14,479 bases of DNA from Candidatus Hermodarchaeota archaeon (GTDB lineage: Archaea > Asgardarchaeota > Hermodarchaeia > Hermodarchaeales > Hermodarchaeaceae): contig JAEOTB010000112.1 of NCBI GenBank assembly GCA_016840065.1, positions 1 to 14,479 of the forward strand. The letters run 5' to 3'. Position numbers and translations under genes: made by a program. Shown here in pieces: positions 7,027 through 14,479 of this stretch (position 1 is its first letter; each line of letters opens with the position of its first letter). Below the pieces are notes generated by a model, which made no database searches, had not been told where the DNA came from, and worked only from the letters and a program-made list of their open reading frames with translations.

Positions 7027-8463
7027 GTGAAAGTGTTGACAATTCCTATCCGCACAAAGATTGTTGCAACAATTGGTCCAGTCTGCGAATCCGAAAAAAT
7101 GCTGAAGCGACTGAAAAAAGCAGGGATGAGCGTAGCAAGGATAAATCTCTCCCATGGCACAATCAAGGAAAACAAGACAAAGTTTACACGAATCCGTAAG
7201 TTGTTACCAACAACGCCAATCATCATGGACCTCGAAGGACCCCGTGTCCGTATCGGCGAGATGACAAAGCCCGTGGAGTTACTCGAAGGAGACCATTTCA
7301 CTTTAACTACTGACGCAATCCTCGGTACAAGGAGTCGGGTCTCGGTATCACTGAAAACACTCCCTGGGGCGGTTACGAAGGATCAGCGAATCTTTGTGAA
7401 TGATGGAATAATAGAACTACGAGTGGACAAAGTGGAGGGCAATGATGTTCACACAACTGTGCTCACTGGAGGACCCCTAAGTAGCAGGAAAGGTGTCAAT
7501 ATTCCAGGGACAGAATTGGGTATGTTAGTACCCACCCAGCAGGACCTAGAGCATCTTCGCTTCATAGCAGAGCTAGGAGCAGATTATGTCGCGATTTCTG
7601 CGGTAAAACGAAGAAGCGAGGTAGAAACCGTAGAAGAATTCTTGCGGGGCGAAGGTGTCAAAATTCCTATAATCTCAAAAATCGAGCACAGCCTAGCAGT
7701 GGATAACTTCAACGACATTCTTGAGGCATCGAATGCGGTAATGGTGGCACGTGGCGACTTGGGTGTAGAAGTCCCCCCTGAACAAGTACCTCTTCTTCAG
7801 AAATCAATTATACGAAAGTGTAACCGAGCAGGAAAACCAGTAATTGTAGCAACTCAAATGCTTGAGTCGATGGTAAAGGATATTCGTCCTACACGGGCCG
7901 AAACCAGTGATGTGGCTAATGCAATTCTTGATGGCGCGGATGCATTGATGTTGTCGGCTGAAACAGCGGTTGGCAAGCATCCAATAGAGGCTGTGCGCGT
8001 GATGGAGAAAATAGGGCGTTACGTTGAAGGGTCCTATCCGCGTCGGCGTGTCAGCCACTATCAGTCCGGACAACATGAAATCGCCGAGGAGCTAGGAGAA
8101 GCTGTGGTAACACTCGAAGAACACCTCGGAATAGGCACAATCCTTGTGATCACCCAGGCAGGATACACCTCACGGATGGTATCAAAGTTCAGACCTCGTG
8201 CCCGGATTGTATCGATAACACCACACCTCCGTGTCCTACGCCAACTGAAGTTGCTCTGGGGGGTCGAATGCCTGCTGATGGACCCAGTGGAAAACACTGA
8301 TCAAATGCTCAAAGAAGCAGTAGAGCGCGTCACCGAAGAACAAATTCTCACTCCCGAAGATCGAATCATTGTTGTGAGCGGCTCAGTGCTCTCACCCGGT
8401 AAAACAAACATACTAGGCGTCTTCACCGTTAAAGACATCCTCCAAGCCCAAGTCCTCAAATAG
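7027..8463 (+). CDS. pyk: Pyruvate kinase
   Basis: RTKIVATIGP, ARINLSHG, DLEGPRVR, KGVNIPG, ISKIE, MVARGDLGVE, ATQMLESM, PTRAETSDVANAILDGADALMLSAETAVGKHP, C-domain LLWGV. The true start may be GTG 7033 or TTG 7036 (SD GGTGA at 7026-7030). Confidence 0.98.
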   Translation: MKVLTIPIRTKIVATIGPVCESEKMLKRLKKAGMSVARINLSHGTIKENKTKFTRIRKLLPTTPIIMDLEGPRVRIGEMTKPVELLEGDHFTLTTDAILGTRSRVSVSLKTLPGAVTKDQRIFVNDGIIELRVDKVEGNDVHTTVLTGGPLSSRKGVNIPGTELGMLVPTQQDLEHLRFIAELGADYVAISAVKRRSEVETVEEFLRGEGVKIPIISKIEHSLAVDNFNDILEASNAVMVARGDLGVEVPPEQVPLLQKSIIRKCNRAGKPVIVATQMLESMVKDIRPTRAETSDVANAILDGADALMLSAETAVGKHPIEAVRVMEKIGRYVEGSYPRRRVSHYQSGQHEIAEELGEAVVTLEEHLGIGTILVITQAGYTSRMVSKFRPRARIVSITPHLRVLRQLKLLWGVECLLMDPVENTDQMLKEAVERVTEEQILTPEDRIIVVSGSVLSPGKTNILGVFTVKDILQAQVLK

Positions 8464-8485
8464 AACCGAGTATCACTCCCGGTTT

Positions 8486-8497
8486 GAAGATTTTTAA
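8486..8497 (+). promoter_or_regulatory. BRE/TATA-like element, possibly driving a leaderless transcript for the 3-TM array
   Basis: GAAGATTTTTAA ends 21 nt before ATG 8519. Confidence 0.45.
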
Positions 8498-8518
8498 CCA
8501 AGAACATGGCATAGTCCG

Positions 8519-8977
8519 ATGGAACTAGGGAGTTTAACTGCAATGTTCAGTACTTTTCTTCCGCTCGTTGATATCCGATGGCTCTTAGCTGCCCTGATTC
8601 TATTCGGATTACTGATTAGCTTCATTCTCACCTTCGTCATAGTTGCTGCCATCACACTTCATCGCCGACACGTCCAGAAGGTTGCTGCTAGGGAGGGGAA
8701 AACGATTTCAATTCTGTACCGAGGTCCATCTAGGAAAAAATCCTTAATCGTCATCTTCGGATTCTACCTCATCCTCGCCGTCGTGGAGATTGTTCTCACT
8801 GTACTCGGGATTGTTCCAATCCCAGTAACACCTGCCATGGAGGACCGTATGATGATGGCTGCGATGATCCTTTTAGTCATTCTCATTGATGGGCTGTGGC
8901 CCACCAGCATGATTGCCGCGCTCATCCTAAGCATCCGGGATCATCGGGAGTCACTCCGCATCGCCCGTAATAAATAA
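8519..8977 (+). CDS. Uncharacterised 3-TM membrane protein, paralog A
   Basis: TM1 - HRRHVQKVAAREGKTISILYRGP - TM2 - IPVTP - TM3 (GLWPT) - IRDHRESLRIAR. Clearly homologous to the next two ORFs. Confidence 0.8.
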   Translation: MELGSLTAMFSTFLPLVDIRWLLAALILFGLLISFILTFVIVAAITLHRRHVQKVAAREGKTISILYRGPSRKKSLIVIFGFYLILAVVEIVLTVLGIVPIPVTPAMEDRMMMAAMILLVILIDGLWPTSMIAALILSIRDHRESLRIARNK

Positions 8978-9040
8978 TTTAGAAGGAAATCCTATAATAT
9001 GATTAACCTGAGCTACACTTCATTCCCGACCCATCTGGGT

Positions 9041-9508
9041 ATGAAACTCGTAAATTCTTCTATCAAGAGTATTCCGTTTCCCGCTGAGTTGGTCTTAGAG
9101 ATTCGCCGTATCTTAGCTGGTCTTGTGCTATTCATGCTAGTGTTTGATCTCATTTTCACTTTCGTGATAATTGGTATTATTTACCTTCACCGCCGGCGCA
9201 TACGAAGGGCTGCTGCTGAGGAGGGGCTAACCGTCACCTTCAAGGTCCGTGGCCCCGCGCTCTACAAAATCTACTGCGTATTCTTCTTTCTCTACCTTTC
9301 CATCTTCGTCATAGGAACTGTACTCACCCTAGCAGGCTTGCTCCCAATCCAGTTAACACCATCTGCTGAGGAAACATTAACCAGTATAGTGTTGGTTTTC
9401 ATGTTAGTGTTAATTGTCGGTGTCTGGCCCACCCTTATGGTTGTGGGGTTCATCGTCGATATCCGAGATCAGCGTACCGCACTTCGTGATGCCCGTACTA
9501 GAAAATAG
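9041..9508 (+). CDS. Uncharacterised 3-TM membrane protein, paralog B
   Basis: TM1 - HRRRIRRAAAEEGLTVTFKVRGP - TM2 - IQLTP - TM3 (GVWPT) - IRDQRTALRDAR. ATG 9041 is preferred because CTATAATA at 8992-8999 looks like a TATA box; ATG 8999 is the alternative. Confidence 0.78.
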   Translation: MKLVNSSIKSIPFPAELVLEIRRILAGLVLFMLVFDLIFTFVIIGIIYLHRRRIRRAAAEEGLTVTFKVRGPALYKIYCVFFFLYLSIFVIGTVLTLAGLLPIQLTPSAEETLTSIVLVFMLVLIVGVWPTLMVVGFIVDIRDQRTALRDARTRK

Positions 9509-9582
9509 AACATAAATAGAGCTACTCAGTTAGCCGAGATGATATGGTAATAGAATGCATCAAGAGGGAGACTGATTAGACG

Positions 9583-10134
9583 ATGGTAGTGCACATGTTA
9601 CAGAATCCAACCTTCCACTATGGCTACATCCTCTATAGAGGAATCCTATGGTCATTCATTTTCATTGTTGTTTCCGCGGCAATCATCTACGGACATCGGA
9701 GGCACATCCGGCAAGTGGCAGTGAGGGAAGAGCGAAAGGTATCCTTCAAGGATACAGGCAGCGATATAACCGGACTCCTTGAGTGTCTCTTCTGCATCGG
9801 TTTAATCATGATTTTTGTACTCATAGGACTAGAAATTATCCCATCGGAAATACTCATTGAGCAGCTAACCCCATCAAACATCAGTCTCCTCATCTTGCTA
9901 TCAGCGATGCTCTATGCCTTCATCCCGGCCATACTTGTAATCGCTACGATATGGACTGTTAATCTTCAGGGACGGCTTCTACAAGAAGCATTGCAGGCAA
10001 AGCCTAGGGCAAAACGGAAACCAATTCCAAAGATAAGATGTATTGGTTGTGATAGGCTCCTACCCCATAACTGGCAATACTGTGATAGCTGCGGTAGCGC
10101 CACTTCAGATTTGGAAGAGAACCCCCACCCATAG
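9583..10134 (+). CDS. Uncharacterised 3-TM membrane protein with C-terminal zinc ribbon, paralog C
   Basis: HRRHIRQVAVREERKVSFKDTG loop, EQLTP, TM3 AFIPA, a basic linker, then RCIGC...CDSCG (CxxC-x10-CxxC). Confidence 0.8.
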   Translation: MVVHMLQNPTFHYGYILYRGILWSFIFIVVSAAIIYGHRRHIRQVAVREERKVSFKDTGSDITGLLECLFCIGLIMIFVLIGLEIIPSEILIEQLTPSNISLLILLSAMLYAFIPAILVIATIWTVNLQGRLLQEALQAKPRAKRKPIPKIRCIGCDRLLPHNWQYCDSCGSATSDLEENPHP

Positions 10135-10212
10135 TGTCTGTTCAACAAAAGCAAGTCTTTTATGAACCACAACCTACTGTCTCGACCAGTTCTATCTCCA
10201 GGGGACCTATCT

Positions 10213-11124
10213 ATGCCCGAACCAGCTGTGGAAGACAAACGTATTTCTCTCAAAGAAGTAGCCAAGAAAATCCCTGATGGTGCTCATATCGCCTGGGGCG
10301 GCTTTGGCTACCAACGACCACCAATCGCCCTTTCCCACGAATTAATCAGGCAACAAAAACGGGGCATCAGAGTCTACACATGTGGCTCTGAATATGATCT
10401 TGACTGCATGGTGGGTGCAGAGGTGTGTTTGGAGTACGAGGTTGCATTCTTTGCTATTGAAGCTCTTGGTCTAGCCCCAAATCTCCGACGGCGCAGTAAA
10501 GAAGGCAAGGTTCGGTTTGCCAACTACACAAATTTAGCTATGGCTATGCGGTTTCTGGGTGGAGCCCTGAATGTACCCTTCATGCCGATTCGGCATATGC
10601 TTGGAACTGATTTGCTAGCGAAGGCAGACCTTCGGAAGGACAAGGCACGTGTCGTTGATTGCCCGTTCACAGGTACACCGATTGTGCTGTTGCCTTCGAT
10701 TAAGGCGGATTTTGGAATAGTGTGTGCCCAGCGAGTGGATATGGAGGGGAACGCGCAGATCTTCGGGATTAAAGGTGAAGACAATGAAATTGCCCGGTGC
10801 GCCAAGACTACGATTGTCTTTGCTGAGGAAATCATTACTAACAAGGAGATTCGGAGTAATCCCGATTTGACGATGATTCCTGGGCTCTATGTAGACCATG
10901 TTGTTGAGGTACCTTTCGGGAGCTGGCCGTTACAGGTGTATCGGTATTATGATTATGACCTTCCTCACTTGCAGATGTATGTGCAACAGTGTCGTACCGA
11001 GGAAGGTTGGCAGGAATACCTTCAAGAATGGATTCTGGGCGTGGAGAGCCACGCAGGCTTACGGAAAAAGATTGGTGAAAAGCGGTTGAAGGAACTTCGT
11101 GCGGACAAGGTGCGCGGATACTAG
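10213..11124 (+). CDS. gctA: Family I CoA-transferase subunit A (glutaconate CoA-transferase GctA-like)
   Basis: DKRISLKE..KIPDG..IAWGGF..RPPIAL.HELIRQ, AMRFLGGALNVPFMP, GTDL, CPFTG, AQRVD.EGN, AEEII, IPGLYVDHVVEVPFGSWP. ATG 10213 chosen (purine-rich SD; TTTTATGAA at 10158-10166). Substrate is not determinable from sequence. Confidence 0.88.
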   Translation: MPEPAVEDKRISLKEVAKKIPDGAHIAWGGFGYQRPPIALSHELIRQQKRGIRVYTCGSEYDLDCMVGAEVCLEYEVAFFAIEALGLAPNLRRRSKEGKVRFANYTNLAMAMRFLGGALNVPFMPIRHMLGTDLLAKADLRKDKARVVDCPFTGTPIVLLPSIKADFGIVCAQRVDMEGNAQIFGIKGEDNEIARCAKTTIVFAEEIITNKEIRSNPDLTMIPGLYVDHVVEVPFGSWPLQVYRYYDYDLPHLQMYVQQCRTEEGWQEYLQEWILGVESHAGLRKKIGEKRLKELRADKVRGY

Positions 11125-11141
11125 AATGGATGTGAAATGAT

Positions 11142-11915
11142 ATGACTGATTACACTTCTACTGAAATGATGGCGGTTTGTGGAGCCCACGCTGTACGTGA
11201 CGGAGAACGAGTCTTCGCTGGTACAGGCCTACCAGTGTTAGGGGCTCTGCTGGCAAAGGTGACACATGCACCTAACGCTGTGATAATTTACGAGGGAGGC
11301 AATGTTGATTGTCAGAACAAGGAGCTTGCTCTCTCTGTTGCAGATTCCCGGCTTTGTTATCAAGCGGCTGCTTCGATAGGTCTTATTGAGACTCTCGGGT
11401 TCCTCATGCAGGGAGGTAGAGTTGACTTGGGCTTCCTTGGTGCTGCTCAAATCGATGAGTATGGAAACATCAACACGAGCTATATCGGTGATTTCGAGTC
11501 ACCAAAGGTTAAGCTTCCTGGCAGTGGCGGCGGTAACGACATAGCAAGCTCAGCTGGACGAATTGTACTGATGTTTACACACTCAGCGCGCAAGTTCGTG
11601 AAGAAGCTGGATTACCTAACCAGCCCTGGCCATCTTCAGGGTCCTGGGAGTAGAGAGAAACTGGGGCTCATCGGTGGTGGCCCCTCACTGGTGGTCACCG
11701 ATAAATGCCAGATGGACTTTGACGAAAAGACCAAACGGATAAGACTAAAATCTGTGCATCCTGGAGTGACTGTGGAGTGGGTCAAAGAGAACGTTATGTT
11801 CGATTTGATTATCCCCAGCAAAGTGCCTACAACGCCTGAGCCAACTACCCAGGAGTTAGAGAAGCTCAGAGCCCTCGATCCACAGGGAATCTATCTTGGA
11901 AAGGGTCAAAAATAA
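11142..11915 (+). CDS. gctB: Family I CoA-transferase subunit B (GctB-like)
   Basis: YTSTEMM, VFAGTGLP, THAPN..IIYEGG (catalytic Glu position), VDLGFLGAAQIDEYGNIN, LPGSGGGND, TSPG, VVTD, SVHPGVT, EPT..EL..LR..DP. Starts 17 nt after subunit A. Confidence 0.9.
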   Translation: MTDYTSTEMMAVCGAHAVRDGERVFAGTGLPVLGALLAKVTHAPNAVIIYEGGNVDCQNKELALSVADSRLCYQAAASIGLIETLGFLMQGGRVDLGFLGAAQIDEYGNINTSYIGDFESPKVKLPGSGGGNDIASSAGRIVLMFTHSARKFVKKLDYLTSPGHLQGPGSREKLGLIGGGPSLVVTDKCQMDFDEKTKRIRLKSVHPGVTVEWVKENVMFDLIIPSKVPTTPEPTTQELEKLRALDPQGIYLGKGQK

Positions 11916-11952
11916 GGAAGAGTCAGTCTTTCCGTCTCTTTAGAAGCAGCTC

Positions 11953-12285
11953 TTAGAATGAGCGTTCAGCCTTGAACGTCTTTCCACGTGCAATGATGAT
12001 ACACCTTTTTCCACTAGGGGATATAATGAGTTTCGCACTTTCGATGACTTCCAGAGGAATTCCCTCTTTTTCTAGTGCTTGGTGGAACCATTTTGTCATA
12101 GCTAGGTAGAACCTTTCCACATCATCACCTGTCATAGCTGGAGTCATTTCACCGCTCACTAAATCCACTATTATAGTTTCTACTGGTCTGATTCTCTCGA
12201 AGGGATCCAGCCCAATAGGTTCTGGTGTCCAAATAGAGTCTCGTATTGCATTGTTTGCGATTGAACGTAAGCGGACAAGCTTCAA
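11953..12285 (-). CDS. Hypothetical soluble protein (110 aa)
   Basis: TTG start with a strong SD AGGAGGT (12299-12293) 7 nt upstream. Begins 24 nt after the propeller gene stop. Globular alpha/beta-like composition. Confidence 0.75.
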   Translation of the reverse strand: MKLVRLRSIANNAIRDSIWTPEPIGLDPFERIRPVETIIVDLVSGEMTPAMTGDDVERFYLAMTKWFHQALEKEGIPLEVIESAKLIISPSGKRCIIIARGKTFKAERSF

Positions 12286-12309
12286 GGTGTTAACCTCCTA
12301 GCTCGCTGG

Positions 12310-13665
12310 TTATCTCTTTCTTCGGTGTACTATAAAAAAGGCGATAGCCAGTGCTGGAATGACCGCCAGCATGATAGCAAATGCCAGTAATTGTTCTATC
12401 TGTAAACTGAAAGCTGGTTGAGGAGAGTTAGGTGGTACACGGAGTACCCACATGTCCTCAGCTCCTGCTCCGTAGCTTTTAGTAGATCCAGCAACGACCA
12501 AGTCCCCTGTGTTGGTTTCAACGAGGGATGAGGCGAAATCGTCTGACACTCCACCGTAAAGGCGACTCCATTGTTGATTACCGTTCTCATCTGTCCCCAC
12601 AATGAACATGTCGGCATATCCCGAGTCTTCACTTATGCTAAATCCAGCAATTGTAAAACCGCCCTGGCTGTATTCGATGAGGGAGTGTCCCTGATCCACA
12701 TCGGTTCCTCCGAAACTCTGGTTCCATTGATGTGTGCCTGTGGCGTCAGTGCGGAGAAGCCACATATCGCGGTCGTCTGCATTCTCAGTGTATCCCGCTA
12801 TGGCAAACCCACCCCCGCCACATTCGATTACCGAGAACCCTTGATCATCGCCATCGCCGCCATAAGTACGATTCCAGAGCTGAAGACCATCACTATCTGT
12901 TCGCAGGAGCCAAACATCCGCTGGACCTATTGAAGGATTTGGTGTATCCTCTTTCATGTATCCAACAACTGCAAACCCGCCATCTTGGCATTGTACGACA
13001 GAATAAGCTGCTTCTTTTCGAGGACCTCCATGAGTCTGATTCCATAACTGGTTTCCGTTGCGATCAGTACGAACCATGAATAATTGCCCAACATAGAATG
13101 GTGCGCTGCGGAAAAACCCGACAATGAGGAATCCTCCATCACTCAGCTCAATAAGGTCATTTCCCCAATCCTCGTTTTCCGCTCCATATGAGAAGTTCCA
13201 TAGGTGGTGTCCCTCCTCATTCACGCGAATTAGCCACGCATCATTAATTGATTCATCCGCGTTTGCCCACGTTTGTCCGGCTACTGCGAAACCTCCATCT
13301 TGGCACTCGACAATGGAGTATAGTCCTATTGCACCTTCCTGTCCACTGTATTCATCTCCGTGGATGCCTCCCCAAGGCGTTCCATGGTTTCTATGCCAGA
13401 GCAGATGCCCTGCGTCATTGATGCGTACTAGCCATAAATCGATATAACCGACACTAAAGCTCTGTGTGTATCCCGCGATGATGTAGCCGCCAGTGCTAAC
13501 AGGAATTACAGACTGACCGATGTCATAGTCAACTCCACCATAAGTGTGACTCCAGGGACCACCAGAGGCAGCTACACTCAAGGAAGTTAATGGCTGTCCT
13601 ACCATCATCTGGTTACAAAGAAGTGAAAAGACAATGATTGAAAACAGAACTCGGGAGATATTCAT
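12310..13665 (-). CDS. Secreted, C-terminally membrane-anchored 7-bladed beta-propeller protein
   Basis: N-terminal signal-like hydrophobic segment; seven ~50-aa repeats W..TYGG...D.G.S.I....GGF.IAG.....D.WL.R.D..G; PPNSPQP linker; TM helix; HRRKR tail. Confidence 0.88.
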   Translation of the reverse strand: MNISRVLFSIIVFSLLCNQMMVGQPLTSLSVAASGGPWSHTYGGVDYDIGQSVIPVSTGGYIIAGYTQSFSVGYIDLWLVRINDAGHLLWHRNHGTPWGGIHGDEYSGQEGAIGLYSIVECQDGGFAVAGQTWANADESINDAWLIRVNEEGHHLWNFSYGAENEDWGNDLIELSDGGFLIVGFFRSAPFYVGQLFMVRTDRNGNQLWNQTHGGPRKEAAYSVVQCQDGGFAVVGYMKEDTPNPSIGPADVWLLRTDSDGLQLWNRTYGGDGDDQGFSVIECGGGGFAIAGYTENADDRDMWLLRTDATGTHQWNQSFGGTDVDQGHSLIEYSQGGFTIAGFSISEDSGYADMFIVGTDENGNQQWSRLYGGVSDDFASSLVETNTGDLVVAGSTKSYGAGAEDMWVLRVPPNSPQPAFSLQIEQLLAFAIMLAVIPALAIAFFIVHRRKR

Positions 13666-13694
13666 TGACAGCTCATCTCTACGATTTTCTTACG

Positions 13695-14479
13695 TTATCT
13701 CTGACGTCGCACCAGAATGAAGGCGACTGTTAAAGCAAAGATAGTAACTATAATGACAAAAGCTGCTACCAGCTGACCTACATGCAGGCTAAATATAGCA
13801 GGTTGTGGCGAATTAGGGGGAACCCGAATCACCCATAGATCCTCATCTCCCGCCCCATAACTTTTCGTCGAACCAGCGATGACCAAATCGGCACTGCTGC
13901 TCTCTACGCAAGAGAAGGCAAAATCATCTTGGGGACCACCGTAGATTCGGCTCCATAGGAGTTCACCAGAATCGTCCACACCAACAACAAAGACATCGGC
14001 AGTTCCTGGACCATCACTTAGCGTGAAACCAGTGACGACAAAGCCCCCTGCGCTGTACTCGATTATTGAATGACCCTGATCCACATCAGGTCCACCAAAG
14101 GTATTCTCCCACAATTGTGTACCTGTACTGTCAGTTCGGAGAATCCACATCTGGCGGTCTTCTCCAATATCTGTATATCCACCAATTGCAAAGCCGCCTT
14201 CTTGGCATTCAACAATTGAGAAGGCTTGATCATCACCTAGTCCACCGTATGTGTGATTCCATAACAGAAGTCCCTCTTGGTCCACTTTGAGAAGCCAGCA
14301 ATCCGCGGGCTCTGACTGGGTGCTTTGCTTGATATAGCCTACAATTGCAAAGCCGCCTTCTTGGCATTCAACTACTGAATACGCCGAGTCCTTGTGGGGT
14401 CCACCGTAATATCGGTGCCACATCTCTTGTCCGTTCTGATCGTAACGAATCAATAAGAGCTCTCCTTCAATGAACTCCC
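13695..14479 (-). CDS. 5'-truncated paralogous membrane-anchored beta-propeller protein
   Basis: The frame stays open to the window edge (EFIEGELLLIRYD...), so TTG 14453 is internal. Blades 4-7, the identical VPPNSPQP linker, TM helix and RRQR tail are collinear with 12310..13665. Confidence 0.88.
   Translation of the reverse strand, partial: EFIEGELLLIRYDQNGQEMWHRYYGGPHKDSAYSVVECQEGGFAIVGYIKQSTQSEPADCWLLKVDQEGLLLWNHTYGGLGDDQAFSIVECQEGGFAIGGYTDIGEDRQMWILRTDSTGTQLWENTFGGPDVDQGHSIIEYSAGGFVVTGFTLSDGPGTADVFVVGVDDSGELLWSRIYGGPQDDFAFSCVESSSADLVIAGSTKSYGAGDEDLWVIRVPPNSPQPAIFSLHVGQLVAAFVIIVTIFALTVAFILVRRQR
14183..14372. repeat. 31-bp perfect direct repeat, two copies 159 bp apart
   Basis: CAATTGCAAAGCCGCCTTCTTGGCATTCAAC at 14183-14213 and 14342-14372; encodes VECQEGGFAI in adjacent blades. 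Confidence 0.9.

Noticed and set aside
8975-9040. 3-TM paralogs A and B are in frame and separated by a single TAA, suggesting a split 6-TM gene
   Set aside because: Both end at homologous positions (ARNK* and ARTRK*), and a TATA-like element lies in the spacer. Coincidence is likely.
2694-11915. A single catabolic operon (NMO-like, LLM, pyk, GctAB)
   Set aside because: Mixed orientation, separate TATA-like elements and unrelated intervening genes; no coherent pathway can be supported.
11916-11952. Possible hairpin terminator between gctB and the convergent gene
   Set aside because: The GGAAGA/TCTTTCC pairing is short and imperfect; too weak to call.
651-14290. Short overlapping ORFs in the track (e.g. 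651-854, 1953-2171, 2688-3023, 7014-7301, 9966-10265, 10524-10844, 12571-12933, 13124-13447)
   Set aside because: They are antisense or alternate-frame shadows of well-supported genes and have no recognisable motifs.
14183-14372. 31-bp repeat as a CRISPR array or DGR template/variable repeat
   Set aside because: Only two copies, a 128-bp spacer, in frame within a repeat protein, no adenine-specific mismatches, and no cas or reverse transcriptase gene in the window.

Overview
Archaeal-looking chromosomal window. It has BRE/TATA-like promoters, GGTG/GGAGG Shine-Dalgarno sites and a small CPxC...VDxxxxIR zinc protein of a type I associate with Asgard archaea (from recall, unverified). No rRNA, tRNA, CRISPR array or mobile element is visible. 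Recognisable enzymes: a COG1237-type metallo-beta-lactamase-fold hydrolase, a nitronate monooxygenase/FabK-like flavoprotein, an LLM-class oxidoreductase, a DUF1624/HGSNAT-like membrane acyltransferase, pyruvate kinase, and a two-subunit GctAB-like family I CoA-transferase. Between them lie three separate tandem paralog arrays. (1) At least three PD-(D/E)XK restriction-endonuclease-fold proteins whose active site appears rebuilt with arginines (1-1470). (2) Three uncharacterised 3-TM proteins sharing an HRR..A..E..G cytoplasmic motif, the last ending in a zinc ribbon (8519-10134). (3) At least two membrane-anchored beta-propeller surface proteins, one complete with 7 blades, followed by a small hypothetical gene (11953-14479). 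Arrays 1 and 2 are the best candidates for undescribed systems.
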